A stretch of 64,000 nucleotides of DNA from an uncultured Pseudomonadota bacterium (GTDB taxonomy: Bacteria > Bdellovibrionota_C > UBA2361 > CALMIO01), in contig CALMIO010000002.1 in assembly GCA_937864035.1 (NCBI GenBank), forward strand, positions 243,877-307,876, written 5' to 3'. Position numbers and translations under genes: made by a program. Positions 1 to 10,454 of the stretch are shown piece after piece (the first letter of the stretch is position 1; the number at the start of each line of letters is the position of its first letter). Below the pieces are notes generated by a model, which did no database searches, was not told the DNA's origin, and saw only the letters and a program-made list of their open reading frames with translations.

Positions 1-327
1 ATTGTTTCCTCCTCTTTCTGCCGCAATGATGCCTCCTCCAATGTGTTTTGCAGAACGAAAGCCGCCGTAACGGCTAAAAGATCGGGCTATATTTCTTATG
101 CTCGGAGATTTTTTTGGCTCAACTCGCCTAAACCAAGCAACTGTTTTTGAAGAGATTCCAAATAAAAAAACTCCCTTTTTTAGTGCGGAAACATTCTGAG
201 CCGCATAAGGGCCCGCCATTGGCGGACTTGGAGATAGTTCGTTAGAAAAACTATCAGCAAGAGAGTTTCCAGCAATTAAAACAATGGTGGAAAATAAAAT
301 AATTTTTATAAAGAGGGGATTTTTCAT
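1..327 (-). CDS. Partial (3'-truncated at window edge) secreted hypothetical protein; N-terminus MKNPLFIKIILFSTIVLIAGNSLA looks like a signal peptide
   Basis: Manual reverse-strand translation from ATG at 327 runs open to position 1 (MKNPLFIKIILFSTIVLIAGNSLADSFSNELSPSPPMAGPYAAQNVSALKKGVFLFGISSKTVAWFRRVEPKK...). Absent from the ORF track, presumably because it has no stop in the window. Confidence 0.35.
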   Translation of the reverse strand, partial: MKNPLFIKIILFSTIVLIAGNSLADSFSNELSPSPPMAGPYAAQNVSALKKGVFLFGISSKTVAWFRRVEPKKSPSIRNIARSFSRYGGFRSAKHIGGGIIAAERGGNN

Positions 328-462
328 AGATTCAGCAAATTATCGGCCCAAAGACACAAAAGAGATAATCCTATAAAAAGAGATCGTGGTTTCTATAAAC
401 TTTGCTTCAGAGATTATAGCACCGCAAAATGGCTAATCAAATACTACTCAAAACGATTAAGG

Positions 463-2034
463 CTAATTGGAAAGAACGTTAGTGTCTTTATTGCTGTCCG
501 CTTCCGAGATAAGGTTGTATTTTGAATTTAACGCCAAAAAAACGCCATTGGTCCAACCAAAACCATCTTGGTTTGGATATTCTCCCCCACCTGCCGGAGA
601 ATTGATGTCAACGACATTATATTTTTCTAGAAGTTTTCCCTGAGAGTTGAATATCTTTAGGTTAAGTTTAAGCCATCTTAGCGCTATTGTTTCCGCAAGT
701 TTGAAGATTCCATAATTTTCAAATCCAGCTACCGCAATCCATTGCAATGGCGCCCAACCATTGGGCGCGTCCCACTGTTGTCCAGAATAAACTTCGGTAG
801 TTAATAAGCCACCATCTCTTAGCAATTTCTTTTCTATGGTTATGGCGCTTTTTTGGGCTTGACGTTCGGTGGCAATTTTAAAAAACAAAGGAAAACAAGC
901 AGCCGCGGTTATCCCAGAAATCTGCTTCGGATCAGAGAAATTATAATCCACAAAACATTCTGCTTGCTCGCTCCAAAACAACTTTCTTATTGTTTTTATC
1001 CTGTCGGTTTTGATTCGCTTAAAATGATCCACGAGTTTTTGATCCTTAAAAAGAGTCGCCATTTCCAAAAGGGCTCTTTCAAGATTAAATATCAAACAAT
1101 TTAAATCAATCGGAGCGATGCAGGTTGTGTTTATGGTAGAAAAATTCATCCCATCCTTAAACCAACGACTGCTAAAATCCCAACCGCTGGCGCAAGCCGC
1201 CCGGATGTCGCGAAAAAATTGCGCTCTAGCGGCTTGATCTTTTAATGGTTCGGCGTGATTTAAATCTTCAAAATATCCCTCTTCTCGTGGAGTGTCCTTG
1301 GTGTCCCAATAACGAACAAGCGGAGGCAACCTTTTATCAAAAAACACCGCTCGTTCGCAAGGCTGATAAGCCAAACTCTCAAAATTAAAACCAGTCCAAT
1401 AAGAGTATTCAATCTTTAGGGCGTCACCGTATACAGAGAAGATCTCTTTTGCGGTCATTTTTGTCCCTAAAAATCTCAGCATCAGGGAGAAAAAGGGGGG
1501 TTGAGAGCGACTTAAGTAATACGAACGGTTGCCATTAGGTATAAAACCAAACTTGCGAAGAAGGTAAGCAAAATTTTCTATTAAATTAAAAATCAGATCG
1601 AATCTGCCGCTTTTTTCTAATCCAAGTATTGTGAAATAACTATCCCAATAGTAACACTCCCTGAATCTTCCACCGGGCACAAGATAAGGACGAGGCAAAT
1701 AAAGCAGAGAACCACTTTCATATCCGAGCGGTTGTGGGCGAGAGCGCCGCACCATTGTTCCCCAGAGAAATTCAATCTGACTAATAATGCTTTGCCTTCC
1801 ATGATAACAAAAGTAATCCTCGTGCTCTTTGGGAATATCAAAATTTCTCTTTACGAAATCAAGAATTTTTTCCCGATCTCTTTTTTTTATTGTGGCCAAC
1901 TCAGCATTGATCAGATCTGGATGGCGCAATAGCACTGCATCAACAAAAGTTTTTGAGTCTGAAAAGAGGTGGTAATTTTGAACCTCAAAAAAAAGCTCTG
2001 GATAAAGATCGGCCGGAGAGAGAACGGTTGTCAA
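463..2034 (-). CDS. alpha,alpha-trehalase, glycoside hydrolase family 37, cytoplasmic type (no signal peptide)
   Basis: Both trehalase signature regions are present: PGGRFRECYYWDSYF and QWDAPNGWAPLQ. Length of 523 aa is typical. Confidence 0.9.
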   Translation of the reverse strand: MTTVLSPADLYPELFFEVQNYHLFSDSKTFVDAVLLRHPDLINAELATIKKRDREKILDFVKRNFDIPKEHEDYFCYHGRQSIISQIEFLWGTMVRRSRPQPLGYESGSLLYLPRPYLVPGGRFRECYYWDSYFTILGLEKSGRFDLIFNLIENFAYLLRKFGFIPNGNRSYYLSRSQPPFFSLMLRFLGTKMTAKEIFSVYGDALKIEYSYWTGFNFESLAYQPCERAVFFDKRLPPLVRYWDTKDTPREEGYFEDLNHAEPLKDQAARAQFFRDIRAACASGWDFSSRWFKDGMNFSTINTTCIAPIDLNCLIFNLERALLEMATLFKDQKLVDHFKRIKTDRIKTIRKLFWSEQAECFVDYNFSDPKQISGITAAACFPLFFKIATERQAQKSAITIEKKLLRDGGLLTTEVYSGQQWDAPNGWAPLQWIAVAGFENYGIFKLAETIALRWLKLNLKIFNSQGKLLEKYNVVDINSPAGGGEYPNQDGFGWTNGVFLALNSKYNLISEADSNKDTNVLSN

Positions 2035-2298
2035 AATTCAATCCTAAAAAATTACAAGAAAAAATCCTCCAAAATTCAAGCACAGTGTATTGCTAGCAAA
2101 GCTCTGAGGGCTAGTCTCGGATTTTTTTATTAAAAATCTCAAGGAATTTTTCAAAGCCGGCCGGCTAAGAAAAGTCGAATCCCCCAAAATAAACGGAGAT
2201 TAAATACCAGATTATCTTATGAAGATTTTTTTAACAAATCCCAAAAAGCCAGTATAACTACAATCGCCTAACTAAAAATTCTAGCTTGTTTCTTAAGA

Positions 2299-3213
2299 TC
2301 AGCTTTTTGGAGATTGGGGTAGTCCGGCAACCGCTAATTTTAGATCTTGTATTTCAAGATGCTGAAACTGTTCCCTGTTGGCCGCCCATTCCGTCTGCCA
2401 TCTGGCAGAATCTTTAATAATCCGGCGCGCATACGCAAGCGGAGCGGAGGGTAAGCGCCCCCCTCGCTTTAAAATTTCAAAGAGTTTGTTTGGTCCAAGA
2501 TTATAAGCAACCAAGGCGTGCTCAAGATTGCTTTCAAAGTAACTTTTTAGATGCTTAAGATAGTAAATTCCAAGTCTTATATTATAACCCGGATCGTTCA
2601 GCTTTGTGTGTCCTTCCCATTTTAGATCGCTTAGATTAGAAATATATTTTCCGGTCGCCGGCATAATCTGCATTAAACCCATAGCGCCAGCGTAAGATAG
2701 AGCTTTGTCGTTAAAAGAGCTTTCGGATTTAATAATCGCCGTAATAAAAAACGGATCTTCTCCCGAGCGAATACTTTCTAAATAAATTAAACTTGCCAAT
2801 TCAATTCGATCTTTTTTAGGAAGTTTTTTCTTAAAACCGCCTATTATCTCTCCTATGTAGTGAATTTGGCTGGAAATTTCTCTTTGCTGATGAATGTCGC
2901 GGGGCGCAAGGTTATATTCAGCAATCGCCGGAACAAGCTCAGGCTGTGCTCGAAAAGCGGTAATTGCTGGAAGGGCAGAAAGCCTTCCGGCGATCAACAA
3001 CGCAACAAAACATATCAAACCAGCAAAGCTTGATAAAAGGATTGCGCCAATCTTTGTTTTTCCAGCCGAGGTCAGAGAATAAGCAAACCTACTTGCTTGA
3101 CCCTTTATGTATAAACGCCTGTTTATCAAGATCGTTGGGATCAGGGTCTTGGGAGTTGCCCCAAATAGGGCCTCTTTGGCGGAACAGGAGGATAATTTAA
3201 ATAACTGAGCCAC
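2299..3213 (-). CDS. Lytic murein transglycosylase (SLT domain) with N-terminal membrane anchor
   Basis: SLT catalytic motif ESSFNDKALSYAGAMGLMQIMPATG, followed by YNLGPN and N-terminal hydrophobic segment. Confidence 0.85.
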   Translation of the reverse strand: MAQLFKLSSCSAKEALFGATPKTLIPTILINRRLYIKGQASRFAYSLTSAGKTKIGAILLSSFAGLICFVALLIAGRLSALPAITAFRAQPELVPAIAEYNLAPRDIHQQREISSQIHYIGEIIGGFKKKLPKKDRIELASLIYLESIRSGEDPFFITAIIKSESSFNDKALSYAGAMGLMQIMPATGKYISNLSDLKWEGHTKLNDPGYNIRLGIYYLKHLKSYFESNLEHALVAYNLGPNKLFEILKRGGRLPSAPLAYARRIIKDSARWQTEWAANREQFQHLEIQDLKLAVAGLPQSPKS

Positions 3214-3581
3214 TGAATTTTAAATAAAAATGCTCTAATGCTTTAAAAAAAGAAGCCTGGTTAGATATCCGAAAAGAATAGAGAGGGTTGAATTTTGTGT
3301 GAGAAGGCTTTGTTTTTGTGCTTTTTCATATAACACTAAATCGTTGATAGTTGTTGATAGTTTCTATAAATAATAACGTTTAGTAAAAATTTAAATTTAA
3401 TGGTGTTGCCTTATAGGAGATTTTACCTTATTTAGATGAGATTGCAGAATGGCACCTAGAGTTATTATATGCCAATAAGCAGTCAGACTCAAAATAAATT
3501 GGCTAATTTGTTGATTTTACTTATTAATTTTTATAGGATGTTTTATTAAACGGAACATCGTTTAACAAACATCGTTTTATT

Positions 3582-5498
3582 ATGACCCGTTCCTTTAAAA
3601 ATTCCGTAGTTATTATCGGCGCTGGTCATGCTGGCGTTGAGGCCGCTCGCGCTTCCGCTCGCCTTGGAGCAAAAACAATTCTTGTCACACTGCGAGCCGA
3701 CGGAATCGGACAGATGTCTTGTAATCCTGCCATAGGGGGGCTTGGAAAAGGGCAGATTGTCAAAGAGATCGATGCTTTGGGGGGAATTATGCCAAAAGCT
3801 ATAGATCAAACCGGCATACAATTTCGCACCCTTAACTCGAGCAAAGGATCGGCTGTTAGAGCTTCGCGCGCTCAAGCTGATCGAGATCTCTATAAAAACA
3901 GAGTCAAAAGTATTCTTCTGAGCGAGCCAAATATAACACTAATTCAAGGCGAGGTCGAAAAAATTGAGCTTCATCCAAATAGCCAAACAGTTAACGGAGT
4001 AACCCTTAAAGATGGCTCCTTTATATCGGCAACCGCAGTAGTGTTAACTTCTGGAACTTTTCTAAAAGGTTTAATGCACACCGGCAAAGATCAAGTACCC
4101 GGGGGACGGGTTGGGGATCTTCCCTCAAACTCTCTTAGTGATTCGCTTCGCTCGCTCGGCTTCAATTTGGGAAGATTAAAAACTGGCACCCCCCCAAGGT
4201 TAAAAAGAAGCTCAATAAACTTTGATATCCTACAAGAACAACCCGGAGAACAACCCCCAAAACCATTTTCGATAATGACCGAAAAAATAACCCAGCCACA
4301 AATATCTTGCTGGATTACCGAAACAAATGAGGCGACACACGAAATCATCAGAAAAAATAAAGAACTCAGCCCAATGTTTAATGGTCAAATTAAATCTGGC
4401 GGACCGCGCTATTGCCCATCAATAGAAGACAAGGTTTTTAGATTTGCCGACAAACCGAAACACACCATATTTTTAGAGCCTGAAGGTTACGATTCTGACA
4501 TAGTTTATCCTAACGGCATCTCCTCTAGTCTCCCAACAGAAATTCAACTAGACTTTGTTCGCACCATCAAAGGGTTGGAAAGGGCTGAAATATTACAACC
4601 AGGATACGCCGTAGAATACGACTTTTCCGATCCAAAAAACTTAAAACCAACCCTCGAAACAAAAATAATTTCTGGTTTATTTTTTGCGGGCCAAATCAAC
4701 GGCACCTCTGGTTACGAAGAAGCGGCTGGACAGGGAGTTGTCGCCGGAATCAATGCGGGCTTGCGAGCATTGAGATCTAACGATGAGTTCACTTTGTCGC
4801 GAGCCGAAAGCTACATAGGTGTAATGATAGATGATCTAACCACCCTAGGTGTTGATGAGCCGTATCGAATGTTTACCTCTCGCGCCGAATATAGGCTATC
4901 TCTTAGGGAAGATAACGCTTGGTTGAGGCTCTTTCCAAAGGCTTCACGGCTGACCGGCCTACTTGCTGAAGAACAACTACAAAAAACAACTGCCAGAATC
5001 GACCTTTGGGAAAAGGCTCTCAGCTGGTGCCGTGATTTTAGAGTAAAACCAAACTCAGAAACAAATGAATGGCTAGTCGCCTTAAAAACAACCGAACTTA
5101 AAGACTCTGAAAACATCGAAATCTTAGCTCGCAGACCAGAGCTGACTTTATCGGAGATAATTAACAAATTTCCCCCTCCGTTTGCTCTAGCAAGCGATCT
5201 GGTTTCTACTCTCGAAGTAGAACTAAAATTTAAAGGATATTTACAGAGACAAGCTATAGATATCGCCAAGTTGACTGAGGTTGAAAGAGAAAAAATTCCC
5301 GTTGAGTTTAATTTTGATCTGGTTCCCGGCCTTAGAACCGAAATTAGAGAGAAATTAAAAAAGCACCGACCATACACAATTGCTCAGGCCACTCGAATTC
5401 CGGGAATTACCCCAAGCGCCCTCTCGATTCTTGCAATCTTTTTAAAGCGCCGCCAATTTTTGGGAGACTCCCTTGAGGGTAAGGGCGCTCTAGGTTAG
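3582..5498 (+). CDS. mnmG: tRNA uridine-5-carboxymethylaminomethyl modification enzyme MnmG/GidA
   Basis: N-terminal FAD-binding [12 protein letters not shown], hallmark MSCNPAIGG motif, 638 aa. Confidence 0.9.
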   Translation: MTRSFKNSVVIIGAGHAGVEAARASARLGAKTILVTLRADGIGQMSCNPAIGGLGKGQIVKEIDALGGIMPKAIDQTGIQFRTLNSSKGSAVRASRAQADRDLYKNRVKSILLSEPNITLIQGEVEKIELHPNSQTVNGVTLKDGSFISATAVVLTSGTFLKGLMHTGKDQVPGGRVGDLPSNSLSDSLRSLGFNLGRLKTGTPPRLKRSSINFDILQEQPGEQPPKPFSIMTEKITQPQISCWITETNEATHEIIRKNKELSPMFNGQIKSGGPRYCPSIEDKVFRFADKPKHTIFLEPEGYDSDIVYPNGISSSLPTEIQLDFVRTIKGLERAEILQPGYAVEYDFSDPKNLKPTLETKIISGLFFAGQINGTSGYEEAAGQGVVAGINAGLRALRSNDEFTLSRAESYIGVMIDDLTTLGVDEPYRMFTSRAEYRLSLREDNAWLRLFPKASRLTGLLAEEQLQKTTARIDLWEKALSWCRDFRVKPNSETNEWLVALKTTELKDSENIEILARRPELTLSEIINKFPPPFALASDLVSTLEVELKFKGYLQRQAIDIAKLTEVEREKIPVEFNFDLVPGLRTEIREKLKKHRPYTIAQATRIPGITPSALSILAIFLKRRQFLGDSLEGKGALG

Positions 5499-5533
5499 AT
5501 TATATTTACTTAACCCTCTAAAAGTTAGAAATA

Positions 5534-8140
5534 ATGTCGCCAACAAAACTAGTTATTGTAGAGTCGCCAACAAAAGCCAAAACAATCGAAAAGTTTCTTG
5601 GAAAAGAGTTTCTGGTAAAGGCTAGTTATGGTCATGTTAGAGATCTTCCAAACAACGCCTCTGAAATTCCAGAAACTATTAAAAAAGAGCGTTGGGCAAG
5701 GCTTGGAATAAATGTTGAAAATAATTTCGAACCACTTTACGTTATCCCAAAGGTCAAAAGTAAACAACTAAACGAACTCAAAAAAGATCTCGCCAAAGCG
5801 GAGGAATTACTGCTGGCAACAGACGAAGATCGCGAGGGAGAATCTATTAGCTGGCATTTGCTTGAGGTCCTAAAACCCAAGATCCCTCATAAACGGCTTG
5901 TATTTCATGAGATTACAAAAGACGCCATTAAAGACGCCCTTAAGAAAGCGCGCGACATAGATTTAAATCTGGTACAAGCACAAGAAACTCGAAGGGTAGT
6001 TGATAGATTGTTCGGCTACTCCATAAGCCCACTTCTCTGGAAAAAAATGGCGCCTCGACTTAGCGCGGGTCGTGTTCAAAGCGTTGCCTTGCGGCTATTG
6101 GTTGATCGCGAACTTGAGAGGATAAAATTTCGATCTTCAAACTACTGGGACTTAGCCGGAGAATTTTTTAAAGACTCTCCCGAGAGATCTTTTTCCGCAA
6201 CCTTAGTAGAGCTTGATGGAGAAAAAATCGCTATCGGCAAAGATTTTGATCCGCTAACCGGAACTCTTCTGCCAAATTCTTCAGCTCGTTGGCTAAAAGC
6301 CGCGGAAGCTGAAGCTACCAAAGAAAGCCTTTCAAAAGAAACCCCGCGAATCACCTTAGTAGAAGAAAAACCTTTTACCCAAAAACCATCTCCCCCCTTT
6401 GTAACTTCAACCCTTCAACAAGAGGCTAGCGCGAAACTTGGCTTCGCCGCTAGGCGCACAATGCAAGTTGCTCAAAGCCTTTATGAAAATGGTTTCATAA
6501 CGTATATGCGTACCGATTCGACTACCTTATCGGAAGAGGCGATCGGCGCGGCAAGATCTTATATTCTCTCCGAATATGGCAAAGATTATCTACCAAGCGA
6601 ACCCCGCATCTATAAAACCAAGGTCAGAAATGCCCAAGAAGCACACGAAGCAATCAGACCAGCCGGATCGCAGTTTGCGTCTTTTGAAAGCGTCAGGGAA
6701 AAATTAGGGGGAGACGCTCTCAAATTATACGAACTTATATGGAAGCGCACTGTTGCTTCGCAAATGAACGACGCATCGGGCAAGCGAGTCGGGGTCAATA
6801 TCGCCCTTGGTAAAGCGATTTTTCGCGCCACCGGAAAAACTATTTCTTTCCCGGGATTTTTAAGAGCTTACGTTGAAGGCTCGGATGATCCAGATTCCGA
6901 TCTCGCTGATAAAGAGAGAATTTTGCCCCCTCTTAAAGAAGGAGATCAAATCAACTTGCTCAAGCTAACCGCTCTTTCTCACGACACCCAACCGCCAGCA
7001 AGGTTTACCGAGGGCACCCTAATAAAAGAGCTTGAAAAACTCGGAATAGGCCGCCCCTCAACTTGGGCAACAATAGTCGATCTGGTGCTGTCCAGAGATT
7101 ACGCCTTTAAGCGTGGACAAGCCTTGATTCCTACCTTTTTGGCGATCGCTATTGTTGAATTACTTCGCAAATTTTTTACCCAGCTTTTAGATTTTGAATT
7201 TACCGCTAGGTTAGAGGATGATCTGGACGCGATTTCGCGCGGCGAAGCAGAGCGCCTTCAATATTTAAACAATTTTTACTATGGAAATGGTCATGCTGGT
7301 CTTATAAAGCTCGTTGAAAACGGAGAAGAAAAGATTGATCCTCGCGAAGTTTGCGGCATAACCATCGGAGAGATTGACGGTCGTAATGTTGAGGTACGAA
7401 TTGGAAAATTTGGGCCATTTCTTTCTGATGGTGAAAACCGAGCAAGTCTTCCAGAAAACACCGCTCCAGATGAGTTGACCCTAGAAAAAGCAACCGCCCT
7501 GTTGACCTCGGCCGCACAAGGACCAGCAAGTCTTGGCATCGATCCAAAAAGTGGCTTATCGGTGTACTTAAAAAAGGGGCGTTTTGGACCCTACATACAG
7601 CTAGGAGAAATGCCGGCTAAAGAGGAATCGACCCGCAAAAAACGCTCAAAAAAAGATCGGGCGACCGAAAAACCAAAGATGGCTTCCTTGTTACCCGGAA
7701 TGGAAGAGAGATCTGTAACTTTAGAGGTTGCTCTAAAGCTTCTTGAGTTGCCAAAAAGCTTAGGCATAAATCCCGAGAACAATCAAGAGATAATTCTTTT
7801 TAACGGTCGCTTTGGACCATATTTAAGATGCGGAGATGAAACCCGAACTATTTCGGAAGGGATTGATGTTTTATCTATCGATCTTTCCAGCGCTTTAGAG
7901 ATTTTAAAACAACCAAAAGTTCGCAGGCGCGCCAATACAACCAAACAATCGGCTAAAGAGATCGGCACAAAGCCGGACAGCACAACAAAAATTCTATTAA
8001 AAAGTGGGCGTTTCGGACCTTATGTCACAGACGGAAAACTTAACGCCTCAATACCAAAGAGCATAGATCCAGAAAACATCTCCTTGGACGAGGCCATTTC
8101 TCTGCTTGAGGCGCGAGCTCAAAAATTGGCAGAGGCATAA
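5534..8140 (+). CDS. topA: DNA topoisomerase I
   Basis: Toprim N-terminus LVIVESPTKAKTIEKFLG...SYGHVRDLP, 868 aa with C-terminal repeated GRFGPY zinc-ribbon-like modules. Confidence 0.92.
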   Translation: MSPTKLVIVESPTKAKTIEKFLGKEFLVKASYGHVRDLPNNASEIPETIKKERWARLGINVENNFEPLYVIPKVKSKQLNELKKDLAKAEELLLATDEDREGESISWHLLEVLKPKIPHKRLVFHEITKDAIKDALKKARDIDLNLVQAQETRRVVDRLFGYSISPLLWKKMAPRLSAGRVQSVALRLLVDRELERIKFRSSNYWDLAGEFFKDSPERSFSATLVELDGEKIAIGKDFDPLTGTLLPNSSARWLKAAEAEATKESLSKETPRITLVEEKPFTQKPSPPFVTSTLQQEASAKLGFAARRTMQVAQSLYENGFITYMRTDSTTLSEEAIGAARSYILSEYGKDYLPSEPRIYKTKVRNAQEAHEAIRPAGSQFASFESVREKLGGDALKLYELIWKRTVASQMNDASGKRVGVNIALGKAIFRATGKTISFPGFLRAYVEGSDDPDSDLADKERILPPLKEGDQINLLKLTALSHDTQPPARFTEGTLIKELEKLGIGRPSTWATIVDLVLSRDYAFKRGQALIPTFLAIAIVELLRKFFTQLLDFEFTARLEDDLDAISRGEAERLQYLNNFYYGNGHAGLIKLVENGEEKIDPREVCGITIGEIDGRNVEVRIGKFGPFLSDGENRASLPENTAPDELTLEKATALLTSAAQGPASLGIDPKSGLSVYLKKGRFGPYIQLGEMPAKEESTRKKRSKKDRATEKPKMASLLPGMEERSVTLEVALKLLELPKSLGINPENNQEIILFNGRFGPYLRCGDETRTISEGIDVLSIDLSSALEILKQPKVRRRANTTKQSAKEIGTKPDSTTKILLKSGRFGPYVTDGKLNASIPKSIDPENISLDEAISLLEARAQKLAEA

Positions 8141-8147
8141 ACCACCA

Positions 8148-8185
8148 CCAGATAGGACAAGGTTCTTAAGAACCATCTGGTTTAT
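8148..8185 (+). terminator. Probable rho-independent terminator of topA
   Basis: Hairpin ccagatagg-acaa-ggttc-ttaa-gaacc-at-ctgg (nested palindrome) starts 8 nt after the topA stop and is followed by tttat. Confidence 0.5.
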
Positions 8186-8721
8186 AAACACACATGTCAA
8201 GTTACCGTTAGTTTTATGAGCCACGACCCGTGATTGATATGTTTTTCTCTTTCTTTAGCTGATAAAATTATATCAGCTCTCAATATTTTTAAGGGATTGA
8301 GAATTTTGGGTCGCCCTCATTTTATATAGTAACCCCCAAAAGTTTTTTAGGCCCTATCGAGAGTTGCTATATTTTGTTATCTTTGCTCGCTCCGCTCCTA
8401 ATTATAGTGTTTTTCAAAGCCTCTTTTCGCCAAGGATTTTTGAAAAAAAACACCGAATGATTTAAAATAAAATATCTTTTGCTAGAGGATGATTTTGAAC
8501 GTAAATTTGTCGAAACAAAAAATCAAAGATAATACGCTTGCTTACTGTTTAAATTGGGTAGCGGCCTCCATAAAACCGAGCAATTGCTAGGTGTGCAAAT
8601 CTTCTAGAATCTGCTTTTTATTGGTTCGCTCAATAATTTTGGAGATAATGCTCGGTTCTATCTAAAAATATTTTTCAAGAAGAGCTATGGAGCGAACCGC
8701 AACCAATCTTTTTCAAACTAC

Positions 8722-9333
8722 CTAAGAGTTGCTACTGCCTCGAAGATAGTTATCGAGCGCGGCATAGTCAAATTTCTTTGCCAACTCTTTCATCTGATCA
8801 TATTTGTCAGCTTTATCGGTTTCAAACTTCATAATTCCGCCACTTTGAGTAAAAACTGTTATCTCAGCCCTAGATCCTTTTTTCTCTCCACGAGCTGTAA
8901 GATCTCCGACTCTAAAACTCTCCTCTCCCGCTTGGCTACCGCCAAACATAGCCGCCATCTGCCCCAAGCTTGCAAGCCCAGCGAGTGGGTTGCCAGCTCC
9001 AGCCGCTCCACCACCAAATCCAGTCAGCGAAACTTTAACCGAATATCCGGCACCCTGATAAGTTCTCTCTATATTAGAAATGCCCAAAGCGGCGTTCGCT
9101 TCTATTTTACCACCTCGCAGGTCCCCTAGTTCGTTCGGGAAAAAGCTTTCTAGTTTTGATAAGTTTTTCTTTTCTAACTCCTGTTTTGCCCAACCAAGCT
9201 CAGCAATTGCTTTTTGATAGTTACCTGCCGCAGCATACTTTTTAACCTTATCAAAAATCGTATCAAGATCTTCTGCAAAAACTCTCCCCGCCAACAAACA
9301 AACGAGAGGTAAAAATAAAACAAATTTTTTCAT
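8722..9333 (-). CDS. Secreted hypothetical protein with Gly/Ala-rich central region
   Basis: N-terminal signal peptide MKKFVLFLPLVCLLAGRVFA. No recognisable catalytic motif. Confidence 0.5.
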   Translation of the reverse strand: MKKFVLFLPLVCLLAGRVFAEDLDTIFDKVKKYAAAGNYQKAIAELGWAKQELEKKNLSKLESFFPNELGDLRGGKIEANAALGISNIERTYQGAGYSVKVSLTGFGGGAAGAGNPLAGLASLGQMAAMFGGSQAGEESFRVGDLTARGEKKGSRAEITVFTQSGGIMKFETDKADKYDQMKELAKKFDYAALDNYLRGSSNS

Positions 9334-9369
9334 AACTATTTCTCCTAAAATATAAATTTATGACTCGCT

Positions 9370-9840
9370 TTATTTTAAAAAGTTGTTGCAAAAATCATAC
9401 ACCTCGGAAGCGTGACCTTCGGCTTTAACATCATCATAAATTTTTACAATCTTACTGACACTATCTATAATAAAGGTTTTTCTTAAAATCCCATTATAGG
9501 TCTTGCCCATAAATTTTTTCTCGCCAAACGCACCATATTTTTTTGAAACCACAAAACTGGTGTCTGACAAGAGAAGAACTTTAAGATCGTGTTTCTCGCA
9601 AAATTTCTCTTTGGCGCCGTCATCTCCCCCAGAAATGCCGATAACCACAACTCCCAACTTTTCAAATTTGCCAAGCATCGCCGAAAACTCTTTAGCCTCT
9701 ATGGTACAACCGGGAGTGTCGTCTTTTGGATAAAAATATAAAACTGTAGTTTTGCCAGCAAAACTCGACAAACTATAAACTTTACCGGTTCGATCGGTTA
9801 GCTTAAATTCGGGAGCGCTAGAACCTTCTTTTAGAATCAT
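9370..9840 (-). CDS. bcp: Peroxiredoxin Bcp (thiol peroxidase, AhpC/TSA family)
   Basis: FYPKDDTPGCT peroxidatic-Cys motif, 156 aa. Confidence 0.85.
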   Translation of the reverse strand: MILKEGSSAPEFKLTDRTGKVYSLSSFAGKTTVLYFYPKDDTPGCTIEAKEFSAMLGKFEKLGVVVIGISGGDDGAKEKFCEKHDLKVLLLSDTSFVVSKKYGAFGEKKFMGKTYNGILRKTFIIDSVSKIVKIYDDVKAEGHASEVYDFCNNFLK

Positions 9841-9946
9841 AAACTTTTTTAATTTGCCAATAGATTATAACGTTATATAAGATAAATAATCTATAGCTTT
9901 CTTGTGCCACGTTGTTTATTCAATCTTAGGGAAACAATTATAACCA

Positions 9947-10423
9947 ATGAAAACCTCCGAGGTTCTTACTAAGTTCTCTGGCGGCCCTCAAAGTGGAATC
10001 TTTACCGACGGAGGAGCTCAGCCAAATCCGGGACCGGGAGGGTGGGGAGTGGTTTGGGTTAAAAATGGTGAGATTATAAGGGAGCTCTCCGGTTACGAAC
10101 CACAAACAACTAACAACCGAATGGAACTGACCGCTTTAATTGAGGGTTTTAGGCTAGCGCCAATTAACGAAGAGATCGAAATTTTTTCGGACTCAGAACT
10201 TTGCGTTAAAACAATAAACCTTTGGGCGGCCTCTTGGGAAACGCGGGGCTGGAAAAGAAAAACCGGCGAAATAAAAAATCTAGATCTTATAAAGACACTT
10301 TATGAGCTTAAAAAAAATCGCCCATTAATAAAGTTGTCTTGGATTAAAGCTCACAACGGTTGGCTTTGGAACGAGTACGCCGATGCGCTAGCAACTTCTT
10401 GGAATCAAAACAACAACGAATAA
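9947..10423 (+). CDS. rnhA: Ribonuclease HI
   Basis: TDGGAQPNPGPGGWG, NRMEL, SDS and KAHNG...NEYADALA motifs cover the RNase H catalytic DEDD residues. Confidence 0.85.
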   Translation: MKTSEVLTKFSGGPQSGIFTDGGAQPNPGPGGWGVVWVKNGEIIRELSGYEPQTTNNRMELTALIEGFRLAPINEEIEIFSDSELCVKTINLWAASWETRGWKRKTGEIKNLDLIKTLYELKKNRPLIKLSWIKAHNGWLWNEYADALATSWNQNNNE

Positions 10424-10454
10424 TAAACAAAAATTGAGCCCAGATTGGGCATTG

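Noticed and set aside
853-1104. 83-aa plus-strand ORF inside the trehalase gene; the same applies to many other short ORFs from the track antisense to or nested in strong genes (e.g. 1617-1841, 4811-5377, 6142-6354, 7291-7547, 19484-20008, 28299-28586, 29625-30104, 31660-32184, 40887-41177).
   Set aside because: Fully embedded in or antisense to genes with unambiguous conserved motifs, compositionally odd, with no motif support. Treated as spurious.
2035-2298. Possible terminator or operator in the trehalase upstream region (gccggccggc palindrome, gagggctagtctc)
   Set aside because: Stems are 3-5 bp only and lack a convincing U-tract. Not distinguishable from background.
3343-3362. Direct repeat gttgatagtt x2 and small hairpin upstream of mnmG
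   Set aside because: Too short to distinguish from chance in AT-rich DNA.
8141-8160. accaccacca immediately after the topA stop, reminiscent of a tmRNA/tRNA CCA-type 3' end
   Set aside because: No upstream tRNA-like acceptor or T-arm (GTTCGAATC-type) sequence. It lies within and just after topA coding sequence. More simply the 5' flank of the topA terminator hairpin.
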